Source: Bryobacterales bacterium
GTDB lineage: Bacteria; Acidobacteriota; Terriglobia; Bryobacterales; UBA6623
NCBI GenBank assembly: GCA_965224215.1
Contig: CBDCYS010000027.1
Location: 10,304-74,303 of the forward strand
Direction of reading: 5' to 3'
Length of the DNA: 64,000 bases
The position numbers were made by a program, and so were the translations under genes. The notes beneath the pieces were generated by a model. The model was not told the DNA's origin, did not search any database, and was given only the letters and a program-made list of their open reading frames with translations. Below are positions 10,187 to 21,356 of the stretch, one piece after another (positions within the stretch are counted from its first letter, which is position 1; each line of letters begins with the position of its first letter).

Positions 10187-10384
10187 AGCCCGCTTTTCAT
10201 ACCAGTGTAGCAAGCCGAAGCGCGTGAGAGGCCCGTCAGTACGAGGCGTGCGCCGCTCAGCCCCTCAACTCCGGAAAACGCTCGCGCACTCGAACAGTAC
10301 GGTGAGCACGGCGAGCAAGCACACCGACGTAATGACGGGCCTGTCGCGTGCTTCGGGCGTCAGGCGGGGACAAATGCGGACTAG
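10187..10384 (+). mobile_element. MITE family copy (diverged)
   Basis: Shares GTCAGTACGAGGCG, GAGCACGGCGAGCAAGC, GCGTGCTTCG and AAATGCGG.CTAG with the copies at 39366 and 51291. Confidence 0.7.
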
Positions 10385-10542
10385 ACGCGGACTAGACGTC
10401 GACGATGCGACGGACCGTTACGATTGCATCGAATGGATCAGCCGTCAGCCCTGGTGAAACGGGAAGATTGCCATATATGCTCACCTCCCTTGCGCTATCC
10501 GATGGTCCTTGCAGACCAGATTGCTGTTCTGATCACGACGAG

Positions 10543-12342
10543 CTAGCTACCCTCGGCACGAAGCCTTAGACGCAGCTCTTGGGTGGCCTGCCTGTCAAGC
10601 TGGAGTGTTTCGGAATCGATCACGACGCCGTAGAGCTCTTCCGCTTTGGCGATCGACACCTTGTCGTCTTGTACGTCGCGCTCGACGGCAGTGGGATCTC
10701 TCTGAAAAGGATCTCCCCAACCGCCTGCGCCGGGTTGAATGTGACGAATCAGATCCCCCGGTTGCAGAGTGTCGGTAACCATGGTCCGCAGGATCCTTTC
10801 TTTCCCTGTACCCGGGTTGACAACGTTTGAAGACGGAGAGCCACTGAGACCGCCGGACAGGCCGTAAGGGGGGTGGTCGCGTCGGTCGGAGCGGATCGTC
10901 AGATTGGCAGGTTCGTCGCCCACATAGCGCCAGTCCCGAATAATGGCAACTCCGCCCCGGTACTTGCCGGCGCCTCCCGTGTCCCGAGTCAATGCGTACT
11001 GCTCGATTCGAACGGGGTAGTCCAGTTCCATCAACTCGGCGGGTATGTTCGAAATAATCGAGCCGGGATTGGTGAGCCCGTCGATACCGTCCTTAGTGGG
11101 ACGTGCCCCCCAAGTGCCGGAAATCACGTCGGACATGATGAAGGGTTTTCGCTCGCGGTCGTAGCCCCCAATGCAGATCAACGAATTTCCGCCTTCACCG
11201 GCAGCCGGAATCCTGTGCGGAACGATCTGCGCCATAGCGCCGAACAGCGCGTCTGCCATGCGAAAACCGACGACCCCTCTCATGCCCGACGCAGCCGGCA
11301 TCACCGGCTTAACAACCGTGCCCTCGAGAGCAATGATTCGAATCGGCCGAAACATGCCCGAGGTGTTCGGGATATCGGCCTGCATGATCGATCGCACTGC
11401 GTAACCGCAGCACGAGATGGTGAAGGCGTAAGGCGAGTTGATCCCCCCTTTTACTTGCGGAGACGTGCCGGTGAAGTCGACCGTGAGAGAATCCCCTTCG
11501 ACAATCATCTTGACCTTGATGGGTATCTCACCGGCATCGACACCATCATCGTCGAGATAGTCGGTGAACGAGTACTCTCCGTCGGGCCAAGTCCGAAGTT
11601 CAGCACGGACCATAGCCTCGGTATAGTTGAGCAGTTCGGCAAAGTAGACTTCGAGTGACTCCACGCCGTACCGCCCTGCCAACGAGAGAAGCCCCTTCTC
11701 GCCCATGCGTAAGGCCGACAGGTTGGAGCGCAAATCGCCGAAAGTCTGAATCGGAACACGGATGTTCTTCTCCAGTAACTGAAAGATGGCTTCGTTGGCG
11801 ACACCCCGCTCGTAGAGCTTCAGCGGTGGAATGCGGATCCCGTCGTGGAAGATCTCGGTGTTGTCACACGCCACACTGCCGGGAACACGCCCTCCCAAGT
11901 CGAGGTGATGTGAGACTACGGCTGAGTACCCGAGCAACTGGTCCTCACAAAACACTGGTTTGAAAACGAAGATGTCTGGGATATGAATTCCACCCTGGAA
12001 GGGGTCATTCATCAGGAAGATATCGCCCGGGAAGATCCTTCCCTGATATTGGCGAATAACGTAGCCGAGAGCTGTATGCACGGAGCCTAGGTGCACCGGG
12101 ATGGTCACCCCTTGCGCAATGGTTTGACCGCTCCTGTCGCAAAGCGCCGTCGAGAAGTCCATGCAATCGCGGACGATGGTTGAGTACGCCGTGTGAAAAA
12201 CAAAGATGACCGTGTTTGCCATCTCATCCGCGACGCTCGACAGGTAGTTGCGAATCAGCCCCAGGGTGATCGGGTCGACCTGCTGATTGGCTGGCTTTTG
12301 GGATCCTTGCATGGGTGTCTGTTCATTGATTGGTTGACTCAT
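10543..12342 (-). CDS. Hydantoinase B / 5-oxoprolinase family protein
   Basis: DPITL, TAYS..VRD..DFS, NDPF.GG.HIPD, GGAGKYRGG, GAGGWGDP motifs. Confidence 0.93.
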   Translation of the reverse strand: MSQPINEQTPMQGSQKPANQQVDPITLGLIRNYLSSVADEMANTVIFVFHTAYSTIVRDCMDFSTALCDRSGQTIAQGVTIPVHLGSVHTALGYVIRQYQGRIFPGDIFLMNDPFQGGIHIPDIFVFKPVFCEDQLLGYSAVVSHHLDLGGRVPGSVACDNTEIFHDGIRIPPLKLYERGVANEAIFQLLEKNIRVPIQTFGDLRSNLSALRMGEKGLLSLAGRYGVESLEVYFAELLNYTEAMVRAELRTWPDGEYSFTDYLDDDGVDAGEIPIKVKMIVEGDSLTVDFTGTSPQVKGGINSPYAFTISCCGYAVRSIMQADIPNTSGMFRPIRIIALEGTVVKPVMPAASGMRGVVGFRMADALFGAMAQIVPHRIPAAGEGGNSLICIGGYDRERKPFIMSDVISGTWGARPTKDGIDGLTNPGSIISNIPAELMELDYPVRIEQYALTRDTGGAGKYRGGVAIIRDWRYVGDEPANLTIRSDRRDHPPYGLSGGLSGSPSSNVVNPGTGKERILRTMVTDTLQPGDLIRHIQPGAGGWGDPFQRDPTAVERDVQDDKVSIAKAEELYGVVIDSETLQLDRQATQELRLRLRAEGS

Positions 12343-14477
12343 TATGAACTTCCCGACCGGATTCGGATGTTACCGTGCAGATCCAGCCACGCCCCCCAAC
12401 CGGGTGGCACTACCGTGGTCGAATCATATTCATCAATAAGGAGAGGCCCCTCAGTCCGCTCGGGTCGAAGGTCGGCTCGGCCCAGAACCGGCGCTTCGAG
12501 AAGATCATGACTGGGACCGAAATACGCACGCCGGCTTCGATGCGTTGGCTCAAAGCCCTTAGCAGCAGCGGGCGGATGACAAACCGTCTCTTTGCGGACC
12601 CGGCCCACGATGCGGAAGTTCACAAAGGTGTATTCCTCTCCCGCGCCGCCCCGGTGTCCGTAAGTCCTTTCATGTTCGGCGTCAAAAGCCTTCTCGATGT
12701 CGGTGATCGAACTCCAATTGAGGACGCCAGAAGGGATCGGAACTATCAACTCGTAGGACTGCCCTGAGTAGCGCACGTCCGCGTGGCGGTCAATGTGGAT
12801 GTCCTGTTCCCCGAAGCCCTCGCTGCGTAACAGTTCGAAGACCTCCTTCTCAATGCGGGTAAGCAGGCCGTTGAGCGTCGCCAAGTCCACTTCGCGACTC
12901 TTTTTGAGATAGGTTTGGGAGTAGGAATGTGTGATGTCAGCCGACAACAGGCCGAATACGCTGTACACACCTGGATGGGGAGGAACAATGACTTCCTCCA
13001 TCTCGAGCGACAGGGCCATCTGACAAGCGTGAACAGGCCCGCTTCCGCCAAAGGCGATCAGGACGTAGTCGCGCAAGTCACGGCCTCTCTCGGTCGAAAC
13101 CGCACGCACCGCACGCATCATGTTCGAGTTGGCCATCAGGTGGACGCCATGTGCGGCCCCCAGTAGATCCATGCTGAGGGGGGAAGTGATCTCGTTGCGG
13201 ACGGCCTCCTCGGCCTGAGCCCGGTCAAGCTCCAGTGCGCCCCCCACTAGCCCGTCCGGGTTGATATACCCAAGGATGAGATCGGCATCGGTACTGGTGA
13301 CCCGGCTGCCACCTTGGCCGTAGCAAACGGGTCCGGGTGAAGCGCCGGCGCTCTCGGGACCTACATTGAGCGCACCACCCTCATCGATCCAGGCGATGCT
13401 GCCCCCTCCCGCGCCCACCTCGGCCACATCGATAGCGGGGACACGAACCAGGTGTCCGCCTCCTTTGATCAGCCGACTGACGAGTGACAGAGATGAACCA
13501 ACTTCGTACTCGGCAGCCGTGCTCAGCTTACCTCCTTCGATGATCGAGGCTTTCGCGGTCGTTCCACCCATATCGAACGTTATGGCATTCAGGACGTCCA
13601 GCCGGGTCGCCAAAGCGTGGGAAGCAATCACCCCGGCGGCAGGGCCGGATTCGATCATGAAGACGGGCCGCTGCAGGCAAGCTTCCGCCGTCATCACTCC
13701 CCCGTTTGACTGCATGATCAGCAGCGGAGCAGCGATACCGAGATCGCGCAGCGTCCGGCTCAGCGATTCAATGTAGCCCCGCACGATTGGCGCAACATAA
13801 GCATTCACCACCGTGGTGGCCGTACGCTCATACTCCTTCACCTCACGTAGGATTTCCGTCGAGATCGACACGATGACACTCGGGTGACGACTACGAATCA
13901 ACTGTGCCAGAGCTTCTTCATGTGCGGGATTCGCATAGGAATTGATGAGACACACCGCTAAGGACTCAATCTTCCGAGCAATGATCTCCTCCACCAGGTG
14001 CGATGCTTCATCCAGGTCCAGAGGGGTCAGGACCTCGCCCCGAGCGCCGATCCGTTCCGTCACCTCAAACCGAAGGCGCCGCTCGACCAAATCAGGCGGC
14101 TTGTCCCAGTGCCAGTTATAAAGCTCCGGCATGCGGATTCGCCGGAGTTCCAACACGTCTCGAAATCCTCGGGTGGTGATGAGTGCTGTTGGCGCGCCTT
14201 TCCGTTCAAGGATAGCGTTGGTAGCTACTGTTGTACCGTGTATGACCTCGCGTACCGCTCCTGCGGGGGATCCGCAGGCATCCAGCAACTCCGGCAAGGC
14301 TTGACGGATCGAACGACTGTAGTCATCAGTTGTCGAAAGAACCTTGCGGATTGTGAGGGCTCCATCGTCGCCAATGCCGACAAGGTCCGTGAAGGTTCCG
14401 CCAATATCGATTCCTAGACGCACTGAGCCTTTGTTGTTGATGCAACGTGTTTGAGCCAGGAAAGCTGTTTTGCTCAC
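12342..14477 (-). CDS. Hydantoinase A / 5-oxoprolinase family protein (exact start uncertain)
   Basis: GIDIGGTFTD, HGTTVATN, ESGPAAG, DMGGTT, GAGGGS, AFGGSGPVH. Stop overlaps the B-subunit start. Confidence 0.95.
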   Translation of the reverse strand: MSKTAFLAQTRCINNKGSVRLGIDIGGTFTDLVGIGDDGALTIRKVLSTTDDYSRSIRQALPELLDACGSPAGAVREVIHGTTVATNAILERKGAPTALITTRGFRDVLELRRIRMPELYNWHWDKPPDLVERRLRFEVTERIGARGEVLTPLDLDEASHLVEEIIARKIESLAVCLINSYANPAHEEALAQLIRSRHPSVIVSISTEILREVKEYERTATTVVNAYVAPIVRGYIESLSRTLRDLGIAAPLLIMQSNGGVMTAEACLQRPVFMIESGPAAGVIASHALATRLDVLNAITFDMGGTTAKASIIEGGKLSTAAEYEVGSSLSLVSRLIKGGGHLVRVPAIDVAEVGAGGGSIAWIDEGGALNVGPESAGASPGPVCYGQGGSRVTSTDADLILGYINPDGLVGGALELDRAQAEEAVRNEITSPLSMDLLGAAHGVHLMANSNMMRAVRAVSTERGRDLRDYVLIAFGGSGPVHACQMALSLEMEEVIVPPHPGVYSVFGLLSADITHSYSQTYLKKSREVDLATLNGLLTRIEKEVFELLRSEGFGEQDIHIDRHADVRYSGQSYELIVPIPSGVLNWSSITDIEKAFDAEHERTYGHRGGAGEEYTFVNFRIVGRVRKETVCHPPAAAKGFEPTHRSRRAYFGPSHDLLEAPVLGRADLRPERTEGPLLIDEYDSTTVVPPGWGAWLDLHGNIRIRSGSS

Positions 14478-14573
14478 CTCTTAGCGATTCACCCGAGTTG
14501 AGGATAAAGGCTAGGGTTCTCTACCAACAAGGAGATGAACTGCTGCTCTACCCTGGCGTCGCGGCGTTCCCGA

Positions 14574-14903
14574 TCATCGCCAGCGGTCCGGAAATACGAC
14601 GGACAGCACAAGCCTCAGTCCGAGGCACGAAAATGCATGCCAGGATTTCCGGTGGTACGATCCGACTCCAACATGGTACATGCTACGTGCTACGGAACAC
14701 AACGAGCTTTCCAGCGGGAGCTCGACGAAAGAGGGATAGGGTACGGCTCCGACCGCATCGGTAGCCTGCCCAGATGGGGCGCCAACAGGTCCCTGGCGGC
14801 CCAAGCGGGCGACGACTCTTTGGCGGGGCTGGCCGTGCAGGCGATAAGACTCCACCAGGCGCAGGTAGGTGTGATGACCGGACTTGTGGGCGCACAGGAA
14901 CAC
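14574..14903 (-). pseudogene. IS1634-family transposase N-terminal relic
   Basis: MFL..HKSG.HTYLRLVESYR.HGQPRQRVVARLGR is the characteristic IS1634 N-terminus. The remainder is missing. Confidence 0.7.
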
Positions 14904-14958
14904 GGACGACTCGGTACACTAGAATCGTACTGCACTATATCCAATAAATAAACAGATA

Positions 14959-15988
14959 GATGGGTATCCGGTTGACTCAGGTAGCCCCAAGATGTAGTAT
15001 GCCGGCAGATGGAAGATTACCCTCAGAACCTGCCAGAGTTCGAGGCCCGTTTTAGCAGTGAGGAGGCCTGCCGGGAGTATCTGTTCCGGCTGCGCTGGCC
15101 GGACGGTTTCCGCTGTCCGGGTTGCGGTTGTGGAAAGTCGTGGCCTTTGCGAAAAGTGCTGCTGCAGTGCGCTGCGTGTGGGCGCCAAACCTCGGTGACC
15201 GCCGGGACCATCTTTCAGGACACGCGCAGCCCTTTGCCGTTGTGGTTTCGTGCGATGTGGTGGGTCACCACCCAAAAGACCGGAGCCAGCGCTTTGGGAC
15301 TGCAAAGAGTGTTGGGGCTCAACAGGTACGAAACGGCTTGGACCTGGCTGCACAAAATGCGGCGCGCGATGGTGCGGCCGGGACGGGATTTGCTCGCCGG
15401 GACAGTGGAAGTCGATGAAAGCTACTGGGGCGGGCTCGAAGAGGGCCTGCGGGGCCGAAACCTGAAAAACAAAGCATTGATCGCAGTGGCCGCTCAAGAG
15501 GATGGGCGGGGTATCGGCCGGATTCGCATGAAGAGAATCGAGGATGCCTCGGGCGAGAGCCTGTTGCCTTTCGTGGAGGAGTGCATCGAGCCGGGCAGCG
15601 TGGTGCATACCGACGGCTGGCCCGGTTACTCCGGGTTGAAAAAGGAAGGCTACGTCCATCAGGTCACAGTTGTCAGCAGGCAGGAGCAGTCCGCGTCGGA
15701 ATTGATGCCCCGCGTCCACCGCATGATGTCACTGCTCAAGCGCTGGCTGCTGGGCACCCATCAGGGCGCCGTGAGCCACAAACATCTGGACTACACCTGG
15801 ACGAGTTCACCTTCCGTTTCAACCGCCGCAACTCCAAAAGCCGAGGCAAACTCTTCTATCGGCTCGTCCAGCAGGCGGTAGCCGTGGATCCGGCGACTTA
15901 CAAGATGATTGTTCACCCGGTTACAGAACCCAAGAAAATCCCCAAACCACAAGATATTGGGGCTACCTGAGTCAACCGGATACCCATC
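14959..15988 (+). mobile_element. IS1595-family element type A, copy 1 (transposase 15009-15970, frameshifted near 15795)
   Basis: TIRs GATGGGTATCCGGTTGACTCAGGTAGCCCC; 8-bp TSD AACAGATA (14951-58, 15989-96). Zn ribbon, VEVDESY and HTDGW motifs. A 1-nt deletion relative to copy 2. Confidence 0.95.
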
Positions 15989-16007
15989 AACAGATAAATT
16001 ACGATCA

Positions 16008-17037
16008 TCTGGTTATCCACTTTACTCTAGTGATGAATCAAGCTATCCTTGGACTCGCGCTGTTGGCGGCGAAGACCGAGTCTGTTGAGCGACGATTTTC
16101 CAAAACATCTGGTGGAGTTCACTGAACGGTTTGCCAGCGAGCAAGCTTGCTGCGAGTATCTGCTCGGTGTCCGCTGGCCAGCGGGGTTCGTTTGTCCGAA
16201 CTGCTCGGCCACGAAGGGTTGGACGACCCGACGAGGCACGATGTGCTGTAGCGGGTGCCGACGCCAGACCTCTCCCACGGCGGGAACCATCCTGCACAAC
16301 TCGCGGGTGCCGCTGCGGAGTTGGTTTCTGGCCATGTGGCTGGCCTGCACTCAGAAAACAGGGCTGAGCGCCAAGGGTTTGCAGCGTGAACTCGGTCTGG
16401 GCAGCTATCAGACCGCCTGGCTGATGTTGCAGAAGTTGCGGCAGGCGGATGGTTCGGCTGGGTCGGGAACGGCTGGACGGAAGTGTCGAAGTCGACGAGA
16501 CTTACTTGGGCGGCAAGGAGAAGCACGTTCGCGGGCGAGAGCTGGTGGGCAAAGCCTTGGTTGTGGTTGCGGTGGAACTGCAGGGCCGCAAAATGGGGCG
16601 AATTCGTCTGCGTCATGTCCCCGACGCATCGGGACCGAGTCTGGTGGGTTTTGTGACCGACTGTGTGGCGTCAGGCAGTCTGGTCCATAGCGACGGCTGG
16701 AGGGGTTACCGGGGCTTGAAGAAAGCCGGCTATCGCTATCGGGTCACCCACACAGCGGGAGACTCGCAGATAGCCGCCGAGGAATTCGCGCATGTCCACC
16801 TGGTTGCCTCGCTGCTCAAGCGCTGGTTGGTAGCGACGCACCAAGGGAAGGTGAGTAAAGTGCATCTGCAAGGCTACCTCGATGAATCCACCTTTCGCTT
16901 CAACCGTCGAAAGTCCCGCCACGTAGGCAAGATCTTCCACCGACTCGTCGAACAGTTGGTTCTCCGTAAGGCCTTGACCTATCGAGACATTATCACCAAG
17001 CCCCAGCCCACCAACTAGAGTAAAGTGGATAACCAGA
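16008..17037 (+). mobile_element. IS1595-family element type B, copy 1 (transposase split at ~16448)
   Basis: TIRs TCTGGTTATCCACTTTACTCTAG; flanking duplication TTACGATCA. ORFs 16049-16690 and 16449-17018 with VEVDETY and HSDGW. Confidence 0.95.
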
Positions 17038-17503
17038 TTACGATCATACTAAATAAAATTGTCACTACGTTTTCCGAGTCGCCAAGAGTCGCCGTCAAAC
17101 CTCTCCGAGGCCCCAGATGAGCCATCCGATCAGGCTCCGCCTCTTCGCCCTGCTCCTGTGCGCGGCCGCCATCGTCGGCAATTTCGGCATAATCTACCGC
17201 CTCCAGCAATGACTGTTAATACTGAGTTGGACCGTTCTCGTCGCCTTTGTGATAGCGGCCAGTCCTTGATCCAGCTGGGGTCAACAGGCAAAAAGATGAT
17301 CGCTCTTATGCGGGAAACTCCTTTCCTCCCTGTACCTCCGCCTCGTTGTTTGAGTCTTCTCAGCGCAGGGTTGTCATTCGGCAAATAGACGCCGGCTGCG
17401 TCCTGGTAGAAAGTGTTGCCATGTTCCTCACTCTTGTGAGCGCGACCAACGATGACTCGGCCCTGTGACTGGGAAGCTCCGGGTTAGGTAGAGTGAAAAC
17501 TCG

Positions 17504-19048
17504 ATGACGACGGACACGGACTGTATCATCGTGGGCGCCGGCCACAACGGCCTTGTGGCTGCCTGGTACCTGGCGCGCGCAGGGCTGAAGGTGACGGTGT
17601 TGGAGCGCCGGAGTGTCGTCGGAGGCGCCGCAGTCACGGAGGAACTGTTTCCGGGCTTCCGCTTGAGCGTTTGCTCCTACATTTGCCACATGCTGGAACG
17701 AAAGGTCATCGACGATCTAGAACTTCGCCAGCACGGCCTCCACATCTACCCAATAGACCCCGTTTCCTTGTTTCTATTCGTGGACGGGAGCCACTACTGG
17801 GCTTGGCACGACGCCGAAAAGACCAGCGCGGAGATCGGTCGCATGCAAGGTGTCCCTGCGGCCGACGCCGAGGCCTACCCGAGGTGGATTCGGTTCTGCG
17901 AGCAAGCGGGCGGCCTGTTAAAGCGTTACTTTTTGAGGCCGGCGCCGACGGTCGGAGAGGTTGCCTCGGATGTGCGCGGTACGCCCGACGAGCAGGTCTT
18001 TGAGACTCTGAGAACAACATCAGCACGGGACCTCGCCGGGGCGTACTTCCGCGACCAACGGGTCGCTGCCACTGCGGTTGGGAGTCCCGACTATGGGCAG
18101 ATTAGCCAGCCGGGCAGCGCTCTCGCACAGGCCTATTTCAAAACCAATCTGCATACGGCACACGAGGATCTGGGGATCGTACGCGGCGGAATGGGAAGTA
18201 TCACCCGGGCAATGGCCCGGTCGGTCACGTCCGCCGGTGCGACGATCCTTACCGACGCCCCAGTGAAGAAAGTAGTGGTTGGGCAAGGGGGCGTCCGTGG
18301 TGTCGAGCTAGAGAACGGTGAATCGCTCATCACTTCTCTTGTGCTGTCGAATGCCGACCCGAAGTCGACCTTTCTGCGTCTGGTCGACGAATCGAATTTG
18401 CCCAGTGGGTTCGTCTCCCAGGTGCGGTCGCTCAAGACTCGTTCGGCGTCCCTGAAATTTCACGCCGCTCTCAAGCGCCTGCCTGACTTTGACCGTTTTC
18501 TCCGGCCGGGACTCGACGAAACGAGCCTTGCTATGATTCGCGTCTTGCCGAGTGTCGATGCGATCGAGGCGAGCTGGAATGACGCCATGTCGGGAATACC
18601 AACCCGCTACCCTCTGATGCAAATCCAGATTCCTTCGGTCCTCGATCCGACGTTGGCTCCGTCCGGAGAGCACGTAATGTCCGTTTGGGTAACGTACCAG
18701 CCCTCTCACGTGCGGAACGCGTCGTGGGATTCGAGGCGCCAGGAGGTTGGGGAAGCACTGATCAATGAGTTGGCGAACTACGCGCCTGACATTCGAGAGT
18801 GCATAGTGGACTGGGATTTATTCACACCGGAAGACATCTCCCGACGGATCGCGATGACCGACGGGAATATCCGCCACTTGGACATTTTGCCGGGACAGAT
18901 GCTTTCTGACCGCCCCTTACCCGGATGGGCGGACTATCGAACGCCCATCAAGGGGCTCTACTTGTGCGGGTCGGGCACGCACCCCGGCGGCGAGGTGACG
19001 GGAGCACCGGGCCACAACGCGGCCCAGGCGGTGCTGGCTCGTATGTGA
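17504..19048 (+). CDS. FAD-dependent oxidoreductase, phytoene desaturase-like family
   Basis: IIVGAGHNGL dinucleotide fold, VGGAAVTEE, GGMGSI, GLYLCGSGTHPGG.VTGAPGHNAA. Confidence 0.92.
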   Translation: MTTDTDCIIVGAGHNGLVAAWYLARAGLKVTVLERRSVVGGAAVTEELFPGFRLSVCSYICHMLERKVIDDLELRQHGLHIYPIDPVSLFLFVDGSHYWAWHDAEKTSAEIGRMQGVPAADAEAYPRWIRFCEQAGGLLKRYFLRPAPTVGEVASDVRGTPDEQVFETLRTTSARDLAGAYFRDQRVAATAVGSPDYGQISQPGSALAQAYFKTNLHTAHEDLGIVRGGMGSITRAMARSVTSAGATILTDAPVKKVVVGQGGVRGVELENGESLITSLVLSNADPKSTFLRLVDESNLPSGFVSQVRSLKTRSASLKFHAALKRLPDFDRFLRPGLDETSLAMIRVLPSVDAIEASWNDAMSGIPTRYPLMQIQIPSVLDPTLAPSGEHVMSVWVTYQPSHVRNASWDSRRQEVGEALINELANYAPDIRECIVDWDLFTPEDISRRIAMTDGNIRHLDILPGQMLSDRPLPGWADYRTPIKGLYLCGSGTHPGGEVTGAPGHNAAQAVLARM

Positions 19049-19186
19049 TCGCTTTCATGCTTGAAGGTCCGGGGCACCTTCGTAAGACCCACCGCGAAAG
19101 GAAGGATGATCCACAGACCCCGGCGTTCCTCAGACGCTTTGGCAGTTCTTGAGCATTTGAATTGGCATGAACTCTTTGATTGCTGC

Positions 19187-20566
19187 TTAGCCGAATACCG
19201 CTTCAGTCGACTCCGACAGGATCTGGACAATGCGGTCGAGTTGCTCGCGGGTGGTGACAAAGGGCGGCGCGAGGTTGAAGACATCTCCTCGCAGGCGGCT
19301 GAACAGGCCCCGCCTCTGGACTTCGGTGTTGAGCTTCGCGCCAACTTGCTCTTCAGGCTCGAATTCGGCCTTGGTCGATTTGTCTTTGACAAACTCGACC
19401 GCACATATCAGGCCTTTGCCCCGAATATCCCCGACATGAGGTTGGTCGGCCAGCGCCGCTCTCAATCCGGCTAGCAGGTAGGCTCCTTTTTCGGCCGCTT
19501 GGGCGACCAGGCCTTCTTGTTCGAGAATGTGCAGATTACTCAGGGCCACGGCACAACCGACCGGGTGGGCGCTATAGGTGTAGGCGTGCATCCAGGGTGA
19601 CTTGCTATGATCGAGCACCTCGGCAATCCCCTCGGTGACTCCGACTCCGCCAAGTGGAAAGTAGCCGGATGTGATCGCTTTGGCAAACTGCACCACGTCG
19701 GGTTCCACTCCCCAATGCTCCAGGGCAAACCACTTCCCCGTCCGTCCAAATCCAGTGATCACCTCGTCGGCCACCAACAAGACGTTGTACTGGTCGCAGA
19801 TCTCTCTGATACGGGGAAAATAGTCGTCCGGAGGAACGATGACACCGCCTGATCCCTGGATCGGTTCTGCGAGAAACATAGCGATCGTTTCGGGGCCCTC
19901 CCTCAAAATCGCCTGTTCCAATTCGTCCGCTGCGGCGACCCCTGGGCTTACTCCGGCGGGCGCTTCGTAGCGATAAGGGTACGGAGAGGGAATCTGCAGG
20001 AAGCCAGGCACGCGGGGTTCGAACAGAGGCCAATAGCTGGATATGCCGGTCGCGCTCATCGCCGCGAGCGTGAGCCCATGGTAGCCCCACTCGAGGGAGA
20101 TAACCTTTGTTTTCGTGGGATACCCTCTTAACTTCCAGTAGGAACGTGCCAGTTTGAAGCTGGTCTCGCTGGCTTCCCCACCCCCGGACGTGAAGAAAAA
20201 ACGCGTGATCGAAGGGTAGGCCAACGCGGAAAGCTTCTCGGCCAGTTCGATGGCGCGAGGGTTCGAGCTGCCTGCGTATGCTGAGCAGTAGGCGAGGTCT
20301 TCCATCTGCTGCTTAGCGGCCTGGGCCAGTTCTTTGCGGCCGTGGCCCACCGCTACGTTCCACAACCCGGAAAGACCATCGAGGTACTGCCGGCCATCAG
20401 CATCAACCAAGAGAGCGCCCTCGCCACTTACCCAGACGTGGCCCTCCTGATGAGCTTTGGGGCTGTGCAAGGGGTGGATCAGGTGGTCGAGATCGCGCGC
20501 TAGAAGTGTGGGTTTCGTTGCCTGCATCTCAAAGAGCCTCGCTGGGACCGGCTGTGGGGCGGACAC
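19187..20566 (-). CDS. Class III PLP-dependent aminotransferase (omega-amine type)
   Basis: YLDGLSGLW, SGGGEA, YHG.T, AEPIQGSGG, DEVITGFGRTG, FAKAITSGY (PLP lysine). Confidence 0.95.
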   Translation of the reverse strand: MSAPQPVPARLFEMQATKPTLLARDLDHLIHPLHSPKAHQEGHVWVSGEGALLVDADGRQYLDGLSGLWNVAVGHGRKELAQAAKQQMEDLAYCSAYAGSSNPRAIELAEKLSALAYPSITRFFFTSGGGEASETSFKLARSYWKLRGYPTKTKVISLEWGYHGLTLAAMSATGISSYWPLFEPRVPGFLQIPSPYPYRYEAPAGVSPGVAAADELEQAILREGPETIAMFLAEPIQGSGGVIVPPDDYFPRIREICDQYNVLLVADEVITGFGRTGKWFALEHWGVEPDVVQFAKAITSGYFPLGGVGVTEGIAEVLDHSKSPWMHAYTYSAHPVGCAVALSNLHILEQEGLVAQAAEKGAYLLAGLRAALADQPHVGDIRGKGLICAVEFVKDKSTKAEFEPEEQVGAKLNTEVQRRGLFSRLRGDVFNLAPPFVTTREQLDRIVQILSESTEAVFG

Positions 20567-20655
20567 CCTAGAACTAAACCTTAGCAGCCCTCCTGCGCTG
20601 AAGGCTTACAAAGACCAGGAACCGGCCAAGGGTTGTTGCCTCTTTCAGACGACTA

Positions 20656-21316
20656 GGTCTCTGACCGTCTAGAAGAGTTCTTTTTGTAGTCAAAGTTTTT
20701 CCGAGCAGCCTTGCGGTCGAACGTCCAGTTAATCTTCACTTGGTCTCGGTTCACACGATCTTTCCACGAACTCGTCTCCTGCTACAATGTCTTCAGGTCA
20801 GGGATACGCCGACGGCCCGGCTTGAAGTCGTGGCTTTCAAGAAGTACCCGAATGGTTTCTCGCCCGGCCCGCAGCACGAGTTTGCGTTTGACCGCTTCTT
20901 GGGCGATCAGCCGCACCGTCCAGCGCGCTCGCCCCGCCGGCGGATCACTGCACACCATGGCGATGATGCGCTGCTTCTCGCTGGCCCCGAGCAACGCCGC
21001 CCCGGGCCGCTGTTTGTCGTGGAGGGCGCGCTCGAGGCCTCCCTGGTTCATAGCGCCGTCCAATCTCGCGCACCGCCTTGGAGGTGAGTTGAACATGGCT
21101 GGCCACCCCGGAAGCTGTCTGGCCGGCACCGAGCTGCAGCAGCGTCAGCGCCCGTAATACGGTGCGCCCGGGCTGGATTCCCTTCCGCAGCAACTGGCGC
21201 AGATCTTGACGGTCCCGCTGGGAGAGGCGAACGGAGAGACGACGATAGGCGCATGGCCTATTATAGGCCAAAACATTCTCGGGTGGTGAAATAACTTTTT
21301 CAGGCGGTCATCGACC
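20656..21316 (-). mobile_element. IS630-family element, internally deleted and frameshifted
   Basis: Imperfect TIRs GGTCGATGACCGCCTGAAAAAGTT / GGTCTCTGACCGTCTAGAAGAGTT, each flanked by TA. HTH fragments (PPAGRARWTVRLIA, GRETIR) and a C-terminal KINWTF segment are present; the DDE core is absent. Confidence 0.8.
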
Positions 21317-21356
21317 TAGGCCGGTCCCAGCGTCAGAGATTGGGGAGCTTTGCGGC

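Noticed and set aside
12190-12215. Extra FVF residues in hydantoinase B as an IS excision footprint
   Set aside because: No clear duplicated 8-9-mer is visible, so it cannot be supported without an alignment.
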